From: Candidatus Shapirobacteria bacterium
GTDB lineage: Bacteria > Patescibacteriota > Microgenomatia > UBA12405
DNA length: 64,000 nt
Assembly: GCA_041661765.1 (NCBI GenBank)
Contig: JBAZTV010000003.1
Location: 1,064 to 65,063 of the forward strand
Direction of reading: 5' to 3'
This document shows, one piece after another, positions 8,167 through 16,861 of the stretch. How positions within the stretch are numbered: position 1 is the stretch's first letter; each line of letters opens with the position of its first letter. The translations under genes were made by a program, and so were the position numbers. Below the pieces are notes generated by a model. That model was given only the letters and a program-made list of their open reading frames with translations, made no database searches and was not told the origin of the DNA.

Positions 8167-9378
8167 TTACATACTCGATGTCAAATTATAGATTGGCATC
8201 AAAACCGCCACCACTAAAAAAGCCACACCTATCCCCAACAAAATCATAATTATCGGCTCAATTGCTGAAGTCAATGATTTAACCGATTGTTCCGCCTCAG
8301 CCGAAAAATAATCTGATACTTTTAAAAGTACACTATCTAATTTTCCCGTTGCTTCGCCTGTCGCCACCATCTGGTTTACAATTACCGGAAAAACTCCTGT
8401 TTCTTCAAAAGAATTCGCAATCGAAAAACCTTTTTGAACTCTTTCAGATATTTTTAAATACGCCCCTCTAAAAAGTTCATTTGCCGACACACTTGAAACA
8501 ATTCTTAAAGCATCAACTAAAGAAATTCCTGCCGATAAAAGCATTGACAAAGTCCTAATAGTATCTGCCAAAACAGTTTTTTGGCTTAAGGGTCCGATAA
8601 TTGGAATTTTTAATTTATAAATATCCACCTTTAATCTAAACTTAGCATTTCTATCTCCAATCTTAAAAAGTACAAAAAAACCAAAAATTAAAAATGGAAT
8701 TAAAAACCAAAATTTAACTATAAAATCAGATGTTGCCATTAAGGCTTGGGTTGATGCTGGCATTTTTGCATCAAAATCCTCATACAAAGACATCATTTTT
8801 GGAATCACAAAAATCATCATTATAATAACCACAATAATCATACCTACAACCACAATTGCCGGATAAATCATTGCTCCTTTAACCTTACCGGAAAATTCAT
8901 TTTGTTTTTCCAAATTATCAGCTAATTTAACCAATACTTCCTCCAAAACCCCACCTTCTTCACCAGCTTCAATCGAAGCAATATATGCCTCACCAAAATT
9001 TTTTTTATACCTTCCTAAACCATCTGCCAAAGTATGCCCTCCTTGAACCGTTGCCAAAGTATATTCCAAAATTTCAAACATCAAGCTTTTTTTATCAGAT
9101 TGACTTTTCAAAAGCGATAAAGCATCGGTTAAAACTAGACCAGAAGTCATCATTGTTGATAACTGTCTAGTAAAATTAGTAATTTGTTTCAAATTAATTT
9201 TTGAAAAAATCTTTTTATACATCTCATTTATAATCGAAGTACTTTCAACAACTACCGACAATGGTACTAACCCTCCACCTTTTATTGATTCCACAGCTGA
9301 ATTCTTGTCTTGCGATTCCAAAAACCCCTTAATTGTTTTTCCATTCCAATCTTTAGCTTTATAAAAAAATTTCGTCAT
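8167..9378 (-). CDS. pilC: Type IV pilus platform protein PilC (GspF family)
   Basis: 403 aa; duplicated GspF domain; three TM segments. Confidence 0.8.
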   Translation of the reverse strand: MTKFFYKAKDWNGKTIKGFLESQDKNSAVESIKGGGLVPLSVVVESTSIINEMYKKIFSKINLKQITNFTRQLSTMMTSGLVLTDALSLLKSQSDKKSLMFEILEYTLATVQGGHTLADGLGRYKKNFGEAYIASIEAGEEGGVLEEVLVKLADNLEKQNEFSGKVKGAMIYPAIVVVGMIIVVIIMMIFVIPKMMSLYEDFDAKMPASTQALMATSDFIVKFWFLIPFLIFGFFVLFKIGDRNAKFRLKVDIYKLKIPIIGPLSQKTVLADTIRTLSMLLSAGISLVDALRIVSSVSANELFRGAYLKISERVQKGFSIANSFEETGVFPVIVNQMVATGEATGKLDSVLLKVSDYFSAEAEQSVKSLTSAIEPIIMILLGIGVAFLVVAVLMPIYNLTSSM

Positions 9379-10442
9379 ATTTTTTGACGTCCTAATTTAC
9401 CCTGTAGTTCAATTGCATTATTTGCATAAGTCATGGCCACTTCTTCCGAAACTTTTCCTTCCAAGACCAATTTAGCCATATATGCATCAAAACTTATCAT
9501 CCCAATATCAGCACCAGTCTGAATAATATTATCAATCATAAAAGATTTTCCTTCCCTTATTACATTTCGAACCGCCGGTGTGGCAATTAAAATTTCAAAA
9601 ACAGGAATTCTACCACCAGCAATTGCTGGCACTAATCTTTGAGAAACAATTGCTGTAATTACTGTTGCCAACTGAACTCTGATCTGATCCTTTGATCCAA
9701 TTGGAAAAACATCCACAATCCTATCAATTGTCTGTGCCGCTGAATTTGTATGTAAAACCGAAAAAACTAAATGTCCTGTTTCAGCAATCGTTAAAGCCGA
9801 AGACGTCGATTCTAAATCCCTCATTTCACCTAAAAACACCACATTTGGATCCTGCCTTAAACAAGACCTTAATGCTAAACCAAAACTATTTGTGTCTCCC
9901 CCCATTTCTCTTTGTGAAATTATCGCTTTTTCTGGCTTAATTAAATACTCAACCGGATCCTCAATCGTCACAATATGCCCACCCTTAGTCCTATTAATTT
10001 CCTCCAGTATTGCCGCCACTGTCGTTGATTTACCATGTCCAGTTGGACCAGTAACTAATATAAAACCTTGTTTATATTTAATAAAATCTCTTAAAATACT
10101 TGGAATACTTAATTCCTCAAAATCAGGTATTTTTGAAGAAATTAACCTCAAAGCACAAGCAGGGTCACCTTTTTGTAAATAAACATTCGCCCTAAAACGA
10201 ACCCCAACTGCCTCAAATGAAAAATCCAATTCTTTTTCTTTTTTAAAAATTTCTAATTGTTCCTCATTTAAAAGCGATAAAACCATTTCCATTATTTCTT
10301 TATTCGTTGTTTTTTCAAAACCAAACACATTTAAAAGCTCTCCATCAACCCTAATTTTTGGAGATACGTCTGAAATTAAATGAACATCCGAAGCCTTATA
10401 ATCAACTGCATATTTTAAAATTTCCTCCATTTTTATGTTCAT
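9375..10442 (-). CDS. pilT: Type IV pilus retraction ATPase PilT
   Basis: 355 aa; Walker A GPTGHGKST; PilT/GspE family architecture. Confidence 0.75.
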   Translation of the reverse strand: MNIKMEEILKYAVDYKASDVHLISDVSPKIRVDGELLNVFGFEKTTNKEIMEMVLSLLNEEQLEIFKKEKELDFSFEAVGVRFRANVYLQKGDPACALRLISSKIPDFEELSIPSILRDFIKYKQGFILVTGPTGHGKSTTVAAILEEINRTKGGHIVTIEDPVEYLIKPEKAIISQREMGGDTNSFGLALRSCLRQDPNVVFLGEMRDLESTSSALTIAETGHLVFSVLHTNSAAQTIDRIVDVFPIGSKDQIRVQLATVITAIVSQRLVPAIAGGRIPVFEILIATPAVRNVIREGKSFMIDNIIQTGADIGMISFDAYMAKLVLEGKVSEEVAMTYANNAIELQGKLGRQKI

Positions 10443-10460
10443 ACTTTTGTTTTTAATTTT

Positions 10461-12200
10461 TTAATATTGAGCAACTCTAATAACTTCATCCATACTTGTC
10501 ACTCCTTCTAAAACCTTTACATATCCATCTTCTTTCATTGATAACATTCCTTCTTCCATCGCCAATCTCTGGATATCTGAAGCCGACGCTTTACCAACTA
10601 TTAACTTACTTATTTTTTCACTAATCGGCATCACCTCATAAATAGCAATTCTTCCTAAATATCCAGTATTATTACATTTTTCACAACCAACAATTTTAGG
10701 CAACATCATTTTCTTTCCTTCTTTTTTAAATTTATCCTCAATCATATTATAAATAGGACCCAAAGTTTTTTTAAGTTCTTCTAATTTATCTGGCGGTATT
10801 TCCATTTCACTTACACAAGTTTTACAAACTTTTCTTAAAACTCTTTGCCCCACCACACAATTCAAAGACGATACTAATAAAAACGGCTCCGCTCCCATAT
10901 CTAAAAGTCTTGGAGGCACACCTGAAGCGTCATTAGTATGTAGTGTTGAAAAAACTAAATGACCAGTCAAGGCAGCATTAATAGCCAAATCTGCCGTTTC
11001 TGAATCACGAATTTCTCCCACCATAATTATGTTAGGATCTTGACGTAAAAATGATCTCAACGCCGAAGCAAAAGTCAAACCAGCCTGGACATTCACCTGA
11101 ACCTGATTTACACCTTTCATTTGATATTCCACTGGATCCTCAACTGTCACCACATTAACCTTCGATGTTGCCACAATATCTAAAATCGAATATAAAGTTG
11201 TTGTTTTACCAGATCCAGTTGGACCACAAATAATAATAATTCCATGAGGTCTCTGAATCGCATTCATTAAATTTTTTAAAGCCAATCCTCTCAGCCCCAA
11301 ATCTTGCAATGTTGGCACTTTTTGAGATTTTTTAAGTAAACGCATAACCACTTTTTCACCGTAAGTTGTCGGTAAGGTTGATATACGTAAATCAACATCA
11401 TTACCATCAGTCGTAAAGAAAAATCTTCCGTCTTGAGGTATTCTTTTTTCATCAATTTTTAAACCAGACAAAATTTTAATTCTTGATATTACCGCGTCAT
11501 GAACGTTTCTTGGTAATAAATATTTTTCCTGCAAAATTCCGTCAATTCTATACCTAATCCTAACACTATCTTCCTGTGGTTCAATATGAACATCAGAAGC
11601 TCTTGATTTAACAGCGTATTCCAAAATTGTTGTTACTATTTTCGATACTGGTGCTTCTACTGTCACTTTTTCTTCAGCTAATTTCATTATTTTTTCTTCA
11701 TCTTTTCTTTCATCCAAAGCCCTTGTCACCTCTGAAGTAATATTTTTCTCCCTGATATATTTTTCTTTAACGAAAGAAACAATCTGTTTTTCCAAAGCAA
11801 TTGCAACACCCACTTTTAAACCCGTTTTCTTTTCTAAAAATTCAATAGTCTCCAAATCTAACGGATTAACCATGGCCACTGACAAAATCTTATTCTTTGT
11901 ATCTAGATTATAGGGGACTATTTTATATTTTCGGGCCACACTCTCTGGTACCAAAGTTAAAGCTTCTGGTGAAAATCCAATCGTTTCTAAATCGACAAAT
12001 GGTACTCTTAAAAAATCCGCTTTCGCCTTAATAAAATCTACATCTGAAACAAATCTCAACGCCTTAATTACTTCTTCTTCTGTCTCTCCAGTTTTTAACT
12101 GTCTCAACTTAATTTCCTCTACCTTTTCTTGATTAATTAATCCTTTTTCCAAAAGGACTCCCTTTAAATTCTTATATATTTTTGAGGCAAAATCATTCAT
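10461..12200 (-). CDS. pilB: Type IV pilus assembly ATPase PilB (GspE family)
   Basis: 579 aa; N-terminal GspE_N domain; Walker A GPTGSGKTTT; tetracysteine CKTC...CEKC. Confidence 0.8.
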   Translation of the reverse strand: MNDFASKIYKNLKGVLLEKGLINQEKVEEIKLRQLKTGETEEEVIKALRFVSDVDFIKAKADFLRVPFVDLETIGFSPEALTLVPESVARKYKIVPYNLDTKNKILSVAMVNPLDLETIEFLEKKTGLKVGVAIALEKQIVSFVKEKYIREKNITSEVTRALDERKDEEKIMKLAEEKVTVEAPVSKIVTTILEYAVKSRASDVHIEPQEDSVRIRYRIDGILQEKYLLPRNVHDAVISRIKILSGLKIDEKRIPQDGRFFFTTDGNDVDLRISTLPTTYGEKVVMRLLKKSQKVPTLQDLGLRGLALKNLMNAIQRPHGIIIICGPTGSGKTTTLYSILDIVATSKVNVVTVEDPVEYQMKGVNQVQVNVQAGLTFASALRSFLRQDPNIIMVGEIRDSETADLAINAALTGHLVFSTLHTNDASGVPPRLLDMGAEPFLLVSSLNCVVGQRVLRKVCKTCVSEMEIPPDKLEELKKTLGPIYNMIEDKFKKEGKKMMLPKIVGCEKCNNTGYLGRIAIYEVMPISEKISKLIVGKASASDIQRLAMEEGMLSMKEDGYVKVLEGVTSMDEVIRVAQY

Positions 12201-12221
12201 AGTATATAATCATAATACGCT

Positions 12222-12860
12222 ATGAATCTCTTTCCATCAACATTAATTATCAGCAAAAAAAATGAAACTATCGACTCGAAAATCGACCAGTTGTGTTCTG
12301 ATTTAGGACATAAAATTAATCAAAACAATCCTGATATTTTATTAATCAATCAGATTTCTGGGTGGGGAATTGACCAAATCAGAAAAATTAATAATTTTCT
12401 TTATCAAAAACCATTTTCTCATCAAAGCAAAATTATCATCATTTTGGAAGCTCAAAATCTAAACACTGAATCTCAAAACGCCTTATTAAAAATTTTAGAG
12501 GAACCGGGCAAAGAAAATTATATAATTCTTGCTACTAACAAAATCAAAAGTATTTTACCCACCATTATTTCCCGCTGCCAGACCATCAAACTAATTTCTT
12601 TTTCTAAAAAAGATATTTCTCAAAAAATAAAAATTACTGGAAATCTTCAAAAAGATTTAACTTTATCTGAAACTCTTGGCAAAAATAAAGAAGATATTTT
12701 ACCCCTACTCGAAAACCAACTTTATTTTTACCAACAAGAATTAATTAAAAATCCAAGTCAAAAAAACGCCTATCCCATTGAAAAAATTATTAAAGCCATT
12801 CAGATGATTAACGCCAACGTAGACCCTCGAAATGCCCTTGATTATGTTTTTATAATTTAA
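12222..12860 (+). CDS. holB: DNA polymerase III delta-prime-like clamp loader subunit
   Basis: No Walker A; SRC motif (IISRCQ); AAA+ lid-like region; about 212 aa. Confidence 0.5.
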   Translation: MNLFPSTLIISKKNETIDSKIDQLCSDLGHKINQNNPDILLINQISGWGIDQIRKINNFLYQKPFSHQSKIIIILEAQNLNTESQNALLKILEEPGKENYIILATNKIKSILPTIISRCQTIKLISFSKKDISQKIKITGNLQKDLTLSETLGKNKEDILPLLENQLYFYQQELIKNPSQKNAYPIEKIIKAIQMINANVDPRNALDYVFII

Positions 12861-12899
12861 TCAATTTCCGCATTTTCCCCTTATTGATTTTTAAAAAAG

Positions 12900-12908
12900 T
12901 GTTATAAT
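12900..12908 (+). promoter_or_regulatory. Extended -10 element TGTTATAAT about 9 nt upstream of the fic ATG
   Basis: TGnTATAAT match; no good -35. Confidence 0.35.
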
Positions 12909-12917
12909 CTTACTTAG

Positions 12918-14051
12918 ATGTTTTACCCCATCTTTTCAATCAATAATCAAATTCTAAAAAATATTGGTGCCATCGAAGGTGCTAAAGCTATTATTGATGA
13001 AGCCCCATTAATTCCTGCATACGAAAAACAATTTCAACAAGAAGCAATTGTTCGTACTGTCCATTTCGGCACCCGCATCGAAGGAAATGATTTAACTTAT
13101 CAAGAAGTCGCAAAACTAGTTGAAGGTCAAAAAATCACCGCCACCGAACGTGACATTCAAGAAGTTATAAACTATCGCAATGTTGTCTCTTATCTCGAAG
13201 AACTTTGGTCTCTTTACGATGCCAACATGCCACTTCCTGAAGAAAAAACCGTTCCTGCTTTTTCCGACAATAAAAATCGACCATTTTTCTACAGTGAAAC
13301 TATCATTAAAAGAATTCACCAATTAACCACTGCTAAAATTATTCCAGAACTCGATTGTGGTAAATATCGTCATCAACAAGTCGTTTTAAAAAACACTCGC
13401 ACTGGCGAAATTGCCCATCGACCACCTCCAGCCATTGAAGTTCCTTATTTAATCGCCGATTTTATTGATTGGTTTAATGGTCATTCTTCCAGGGAAATCC
13501 ATCCTGCTATTCGTGCCGCTATTTCCCAATACATTTTAGTTGCCATTCATCCTTTCATTGAAGGCAATGGTCGTGTCAGTCGTGCTTTCGCCATGCTGCC
13601 TCTTTATGTTGAAGGTTATGACATTCGCCGTCTTTTTTCTCTTGAAGAATATTTCGATCGCAACGCAGAAATTTATTACAACACTCTTCAAAGCACTCAT
13701 GAACTTTCTTCTGATATTTTCAAAAGAGATCTAACCAATTGGATTAGCTATTTTACAGAGGCTGTTGCCATAGAATTATCCCGTGTTAAGGCAAAAGTTC
13801 AATCTCTTTCCAGAGACATCAAATTAAAACAAAAACTTGGTGGCAAACAAATTCATTTAACCGAGCGACAAATTAAATTAGTTGAATATATGCAACAATT
13901 CGGTGGGCTTCGCATGCCCGATGCCCAACAACTTCTTCCTATGGTTTCCGACGACACCATCTGGCGTGATCTCAAAAAATTAGTCGACAGTGGAGCAGTC
14001 GAAAAACGCGGTTCCACCAAAGGCGCCTACTACTGTCTCGCCAACGCCTAA
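12918..14051 (+). CDS. fic: Fic family protein (AMPylase-type Fic motif) with a C-terminal winged-helix domain
   Basis: HPFIEGNGRVSR matches HxFx(D/E)GNGRxxR; upstream TRIEGN looks like an inhibitory-helix glutamate. Confidence 0.8.
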   Translation: MFYPIFSINNQILKNIGAIEGAKAIIDEAPLIPAYEKQFQQEAIVRTVHFGTRIEGNDLTYQEVAKLVEGQKITATERDIQEVINYRNVVSYLEELWSLYDANMPLPEEKTVPAFSDNKNRPFFYSETIIKRIHQLTTAKIIPELDCGKYRHQQVVLKNTRTGEIAHRPPPAIEVPYLIADFIDWFNGHSSREIHPAIRAAISQYILVAIHPFIEGNGRVSRAFAMLPLYVEGYDIRRLFSLEEYFDRNAEIYYNTLQSTHELSSDIFKRDLTNWISYFTEAVAIELSRVKAKVQSLSRDIKLKQKLGGKQIHLTERQIKLVEYMQQFGGLRMPDAQQLLPMVSDDTIWRDLKKLVDSGAVEKRGSTKGAYYCLANA

Positions 14052-14083
14052 ATCCTCTTTGTTTTTTAGTTTATAATAATTCC

Positions 14084-16135
14084 ATGATCAATCTTGATTC
14101 TCCCGAATTAAAAAATATTTCTCCCGAAAAATTGGGTGAACTTCTAATCGAAGCCAAAAAAGCTTACTACACCGACAGCAAGCCCATCATGGATGATCAC
14201 ACCTACGATATTCTCGAAGACATATTGCGAAAAATTAATCCTTATCATCGGATTTTTACTAAAATCGGCAGTTCCCATTTCAATAGCGGTTTTGACAAAA
14301 AAAAGCATTCCATGCCCATGGGCTCCCAAAACAAAGTCAATAAAATCGACGATCTCGTTCACTATTTTGAATTAAAGAAAGTTTTACCCCTCCTTGTCAA
14401 AGGAGGGGATAGGGGTGGATTGGTCGTTCAACCAAAATGTGACGGCATTTCCTTAGAAATTGAATATAAAAATGGTAAATTAGTTGATGCTATCACTCGC
14501 GGCGACGGCGAAATAGGAGATGTTATCACCCAAAATGTTGTCAAAATGAAAAATTTTGTCCAAGAATTCAAGGACAATTTTTCCGGCTCAGTCCGTTGCG
14601 AAATCGTAATGCTCGAAAAAGATTTTCAAAAATTAAATGAAATAATAAAAAACCGCCCTATCTCGGCCACAGGCCGATCCGCCTCTGGCGGAAAGGGAGG
14701 TGTCCCCGCCACAGCGGGGACGGAGGGTTTCTACAGTAACTCTCGCAATGCCGTCTCTGGTATCTCACAGCGCCTTGACGGCAAATTTTCTGAACTCTGT
14801 AGTCTTTATGCTGTCGACATTTATAGCCTCCCTGTCAAGGGAGGTGCCCAAAGGGCGGAGGGTTTCAAAACCGAACAAGAAAAAATTGATTTTCTAAAAC
14901 ATCATGGCTTCACTACTGTTGAAGATCTTCATTGTCAAAATTTTGACCAAATCGAAAAAATCTACCAAGAATTTTTAATTAAAAAAAGAAAAAATTATCC
15001 TTTTGAAATCGACGGTCTCGTCATTAAAATTAACGATACTGAAATACAACATCGTCTAGGTTCTAAAAATAATCGTCCCAAAGGTCAAGTGGCCTACAAA
15101 TTTCCATCTCGCTCCAGTCAAACGAGAATTATTAATATCAATTGGCAAGTTGGTCCAATGGGAACAATTACTCCTGTCGCCGAAGTCGATCCCATCGAAA
15201 TTTCCGGCGCCATCATTACCTTTGCCTCGCTGGCCAATTACGATTTAATCAAAGAAAAAAATATTAATATTAATGACATCGTTGAAATTCAAAGAAGAGG
15301 AGATGTTATCCCTCACATTGAAAACGTCATTACCAAAATTAATCCCGGCCACATCGTCGCTCCCACAGTTTGTCCTTCTTGTGGCACCAAATTAATCATC
15401 GATAATAAATTTTTGCGCTGTCCTAATATTAAAAATTGTCCTACTCAAATTCTCGGTTCTCTTAAATTATTTTGTAGCACTTTAGAAATTAAAGGTATCT
15501 CCGAAAAAACCATCGACAAACTTTATAAAGAAAAATTAATTCGCCTTCCGGGTGATTTTTATGACCTAAAAGTTTCCTATTTTGAAAAACTTTTTGGCCT
15601 TGGCCACAAATCGGGGACCAATATCATTAAAGAAATCCAAAATAAAAGAAAACTATCATTAAAACAAATTTTTGACGCCGCAATTATTCCCAACTTTAGT
15701 TCTCAACGAATTGTTCAACTGATTAATGCTGGTTTCGATACTCCTGAAAAAATTTTAAATATCACCATCGATCAGCTCGAAGCACTTCCCGGAATTCAAA
15801 TTACTTTGGCTAAAAAAATCTATCAAGGCATCCAAGACCGCCGCGATTTTATTATATCCATTCTTGCTCATGTAGAGACGCCCCGCCGGGACGTCTCTAC
15901 ATCAAACAAACTAAACAACCTATCTTTTGCCATCACCGGCGCTCTTAATAAACCCAGAAAAGAAATTGAAGATCAAATCATTTCTCTCGGTGGTCAATTA
16001 GTTTCCTCTATTTCTAAAAATACTAACTATTTGATTACTAACGAAACCGAATCCAATTCCAGTAAATTTTTAAACGCTAAAAAATTTGGAACCAAAATAA
16101 TTTCTGAATCTGATTTTGAATTATTAGCAGTCTAG
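14084..16135 (+). CDS. ligA: NAD-dependent DNA ligase LigA carrying three in-frame repeat-element insertions
   Basis: KxDG adenylation motif (KCDGISLE), Zn finger C..C...C..C, HhH and BRCT regions; insertions SATGRSASGGKGGVPATAGTEGF, PVKGGAQRAEGF and HVETPRRDVSTS. Confidence 0.85.
   Translation: MINLDSPELKNISPEKLGELLIEAKKAYYTDSKPIMDDHTYDILEDILRKINPYHRIFTKIGSSHFNSGFDKKKHSMPMGSQNKVNKIDDLVHYFELKKVLPLLVKGGDRGGLVVQPKCDGISLEIEYKNGKLVDAITRGDGEIGDVITQNVVKMKNFVQEFKDNFSGSVRCEIVMLEKDFQKLNEIIKNRPISATGRSASGGKGGVPATAGTEGFYSNSRNAVSGISQRLDGKFSELCSLYAVDIYSLPVKGGAQRAEGFKTEQEKIDFLKHHGFTTVEDLHCQNFDQIEKIYQEFLIKKRKNYPFEIDGLVIKINDTEIQHRLGSKNNRPKGQVAYKFPSRSSQTRIININWQVGPMGTITPVAEVDPIEISGAIITFASLANYDLIKEKNININDIVEIQRRGDVIPHIENVITKINPGHIVAPTVCPSCGTKLIIDNKFLRCPNIKNCPTQILGSLKLFCSTLEIKGISEKTIDKLYKEKLIRLPGDFYDLKVSYFEKLFGLGHKSGTNIIKEIQNKRKLSLKQIFDAAIIPNFSSQRIVQLINAGFDTPEKILNITIDQLEALPGIQITLAKKIYQGIQDRRDFIISILAHVETPRRDVSTSNKLNNLSFAITGALNKPRKEIEDQIISLGGQLVSSISKNTNYLITNETESNSSKFLNAKKFGTKIISESDFELLAV
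14661..14730 (+). repeat. G-rich element copy R6, long form with two hairpins (CCGCCtctGGCGG and GTCCCCGC-caca-GCGGGGAC), in frame in ligA
   Basis: Its 5' extension is homologous to R9 with a compensatory stem change. Confidence 0.75.
14827..14865 (+). repeat. G-rich element copy R7 (CCTCCCTgtcaAGGGAGGTGCCCaaaGGGCGGAGGGTTT), in frame in ligA
   Basis: Near-identical to R8. Confidence 0.75.
15872..15900 (+). repeat. REP-like palindrome GTAGAGACG-ccccgccggga-CGTCTCTAC, in frame in ligA
   Basis: 9-bp stem with GTAG/CTAC termini. Confidence 0.8.
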
Positions 16136-16150
16136 TGAATCGACTGCTAA
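16124..16150 (+). terminator. Hairpin TTAGCAGTC-N9-GACTGCTAA spanning the ligA stop codon; possible terminator or attenuator
   Basis: Perfect 9-bp inverted repeat; weak T-tract downstream. Confidence 0.3.
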
Positions 16151-16250
16151 TATAAGCCTGGTTTTTACTTTTTCCTATCTTTAGGTATAAATAAGTATCA
16201 ATATATATCTAAATACTATATATATACTATTATATATATCAATTTATCAA

Positions 16251-16259
16251 TGCTAAAAT
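16251..16259 (+). promoter_or_regulatory. Extended -10 TGCTAAAAT, 5 nt upstream of the pth ATG (candidate leaderless transcript)
   Basis: TGn-TAAAAT in an AT-rich intergenic region. Confidence 0.3.
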
Positions 16260-16264
16260 AGACT

Positions 16265-16798
16265 ATGAAACTAATCGTCGGTCTCGGTAACCCAGATAAA
16301 AAATATCAAAACACTCGCCATAATTTAGGCCAAAAAATTATTATTGATTTTGTACGGGCGTGGCGTGACACGCCCTTTATAACCAAATCAAACCTCTCCG
16401 CTCAAATTTACGAAATCGGACAGGGGACTAATAAAACAATTTTTGCCATCCCCACTGAATACATGAACAATTCAGGAATCACCGTCCAAAAAATCTCTCA
16501 ATTTTATAAAATTTCTCCCTTAAATATTTATGTCATCCATGATGATCTTGATTTAGAGGTAGGAGATTATAAAGTTCAATTTGATCGTGGTCCAGCCGGC
16601 CACAATGGCATTAAGTCTATTATTGAAAACTTAGGTACCCAACAGTTTAATCGCATTAGAATCGGTATCGGCAAGTCTCAAAATAATATTCCCGTTGAAG
16701 ACTATGTCCTCCAGCCATTTTCCTCTGAAGAAAAAGATACAATCAATACTCTAACTCCTGAAATATTTGAAGAAATTAAAAATATTTTGGGCTCATAG
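16265..16798 (+). CDS. pth: Peptidyl-tRNA hydrolase
   Basis: N-terminal MKLIVGLGNP...Y...RHN signature. Confidence 0.85.
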   Translation: MKLIVGLGNPDKKYQNTRHNLGQKIIIDFVRAWRDTPFITKSNLSAQIYEIGQGTNKTIFAIPTEYMNNSGITVQKISQFYKISPLNIYVIHDDLDLEVGDYKVQFDRGPAGHNGIKSIIENLGTQQFNRIRIGIGKSQNNIPVEDYVLQPFSSEEKDTINTLTPEIFEEIKNILGS

Positions 16799-16859
16799 TT
16801 AAACGGTATAACGCGTCATTCGCATTGACGTATTCTGGGTTCAATTCCCAGTGGGTCCA
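16789..16859 (+). tRNA. tRNA-Ala (anticodon CGC), 71 nt, G3:U70 present, CCA not encoded; 5' end overlaps the last codons of pth
   Basis: Manual cloverleaf: acceptor GGGCUCA/UGGGUCC, D-stem GUUA/UAAC, anticodon stem CGUCA/UGACG with loop UUCGCAU, T-arm CUGGG-UUCAAUU-CCCAG. Confidence 0.75.
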
Positions 16860-16861
16860 CT

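Noticed and set aside
9692-10182. Plus-strand ORFs antisense to pilT; similar antisense ORFs elsewhere (13116..13322, 14144..14375, 17728..17913, 21398..21592, 22443..22661, 24972..25172, 26703..26947, 27498..27860, 28801..29076, 33076..33279, 36882..37091, 39090..39407, 41056..41304, 43032..43331, 43691..43966, 44457..44645, 44972..45320, 45352..45681, 46445..46702, 48083..48621, 50234..50419, 52195..52392, 52637..53035, 53078..53293, 53978..54208, 54491..54709, 55453..55647, 56138..56353, 57874..58175, 58266..58592, 60394..60645, 60842..61239)
   Set aside because: They are embedded within or antisense to longer motif-supported genes, with no independent signals.
14838-14866. KOPS-like (GGGNAGGG) reading of the G-rich element flanks
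   Set aside because: The flanks (GGGAGGTG / GGCGGAGGG) do not match the KOPS octamer; the uniform orientation is still noted in the findings.
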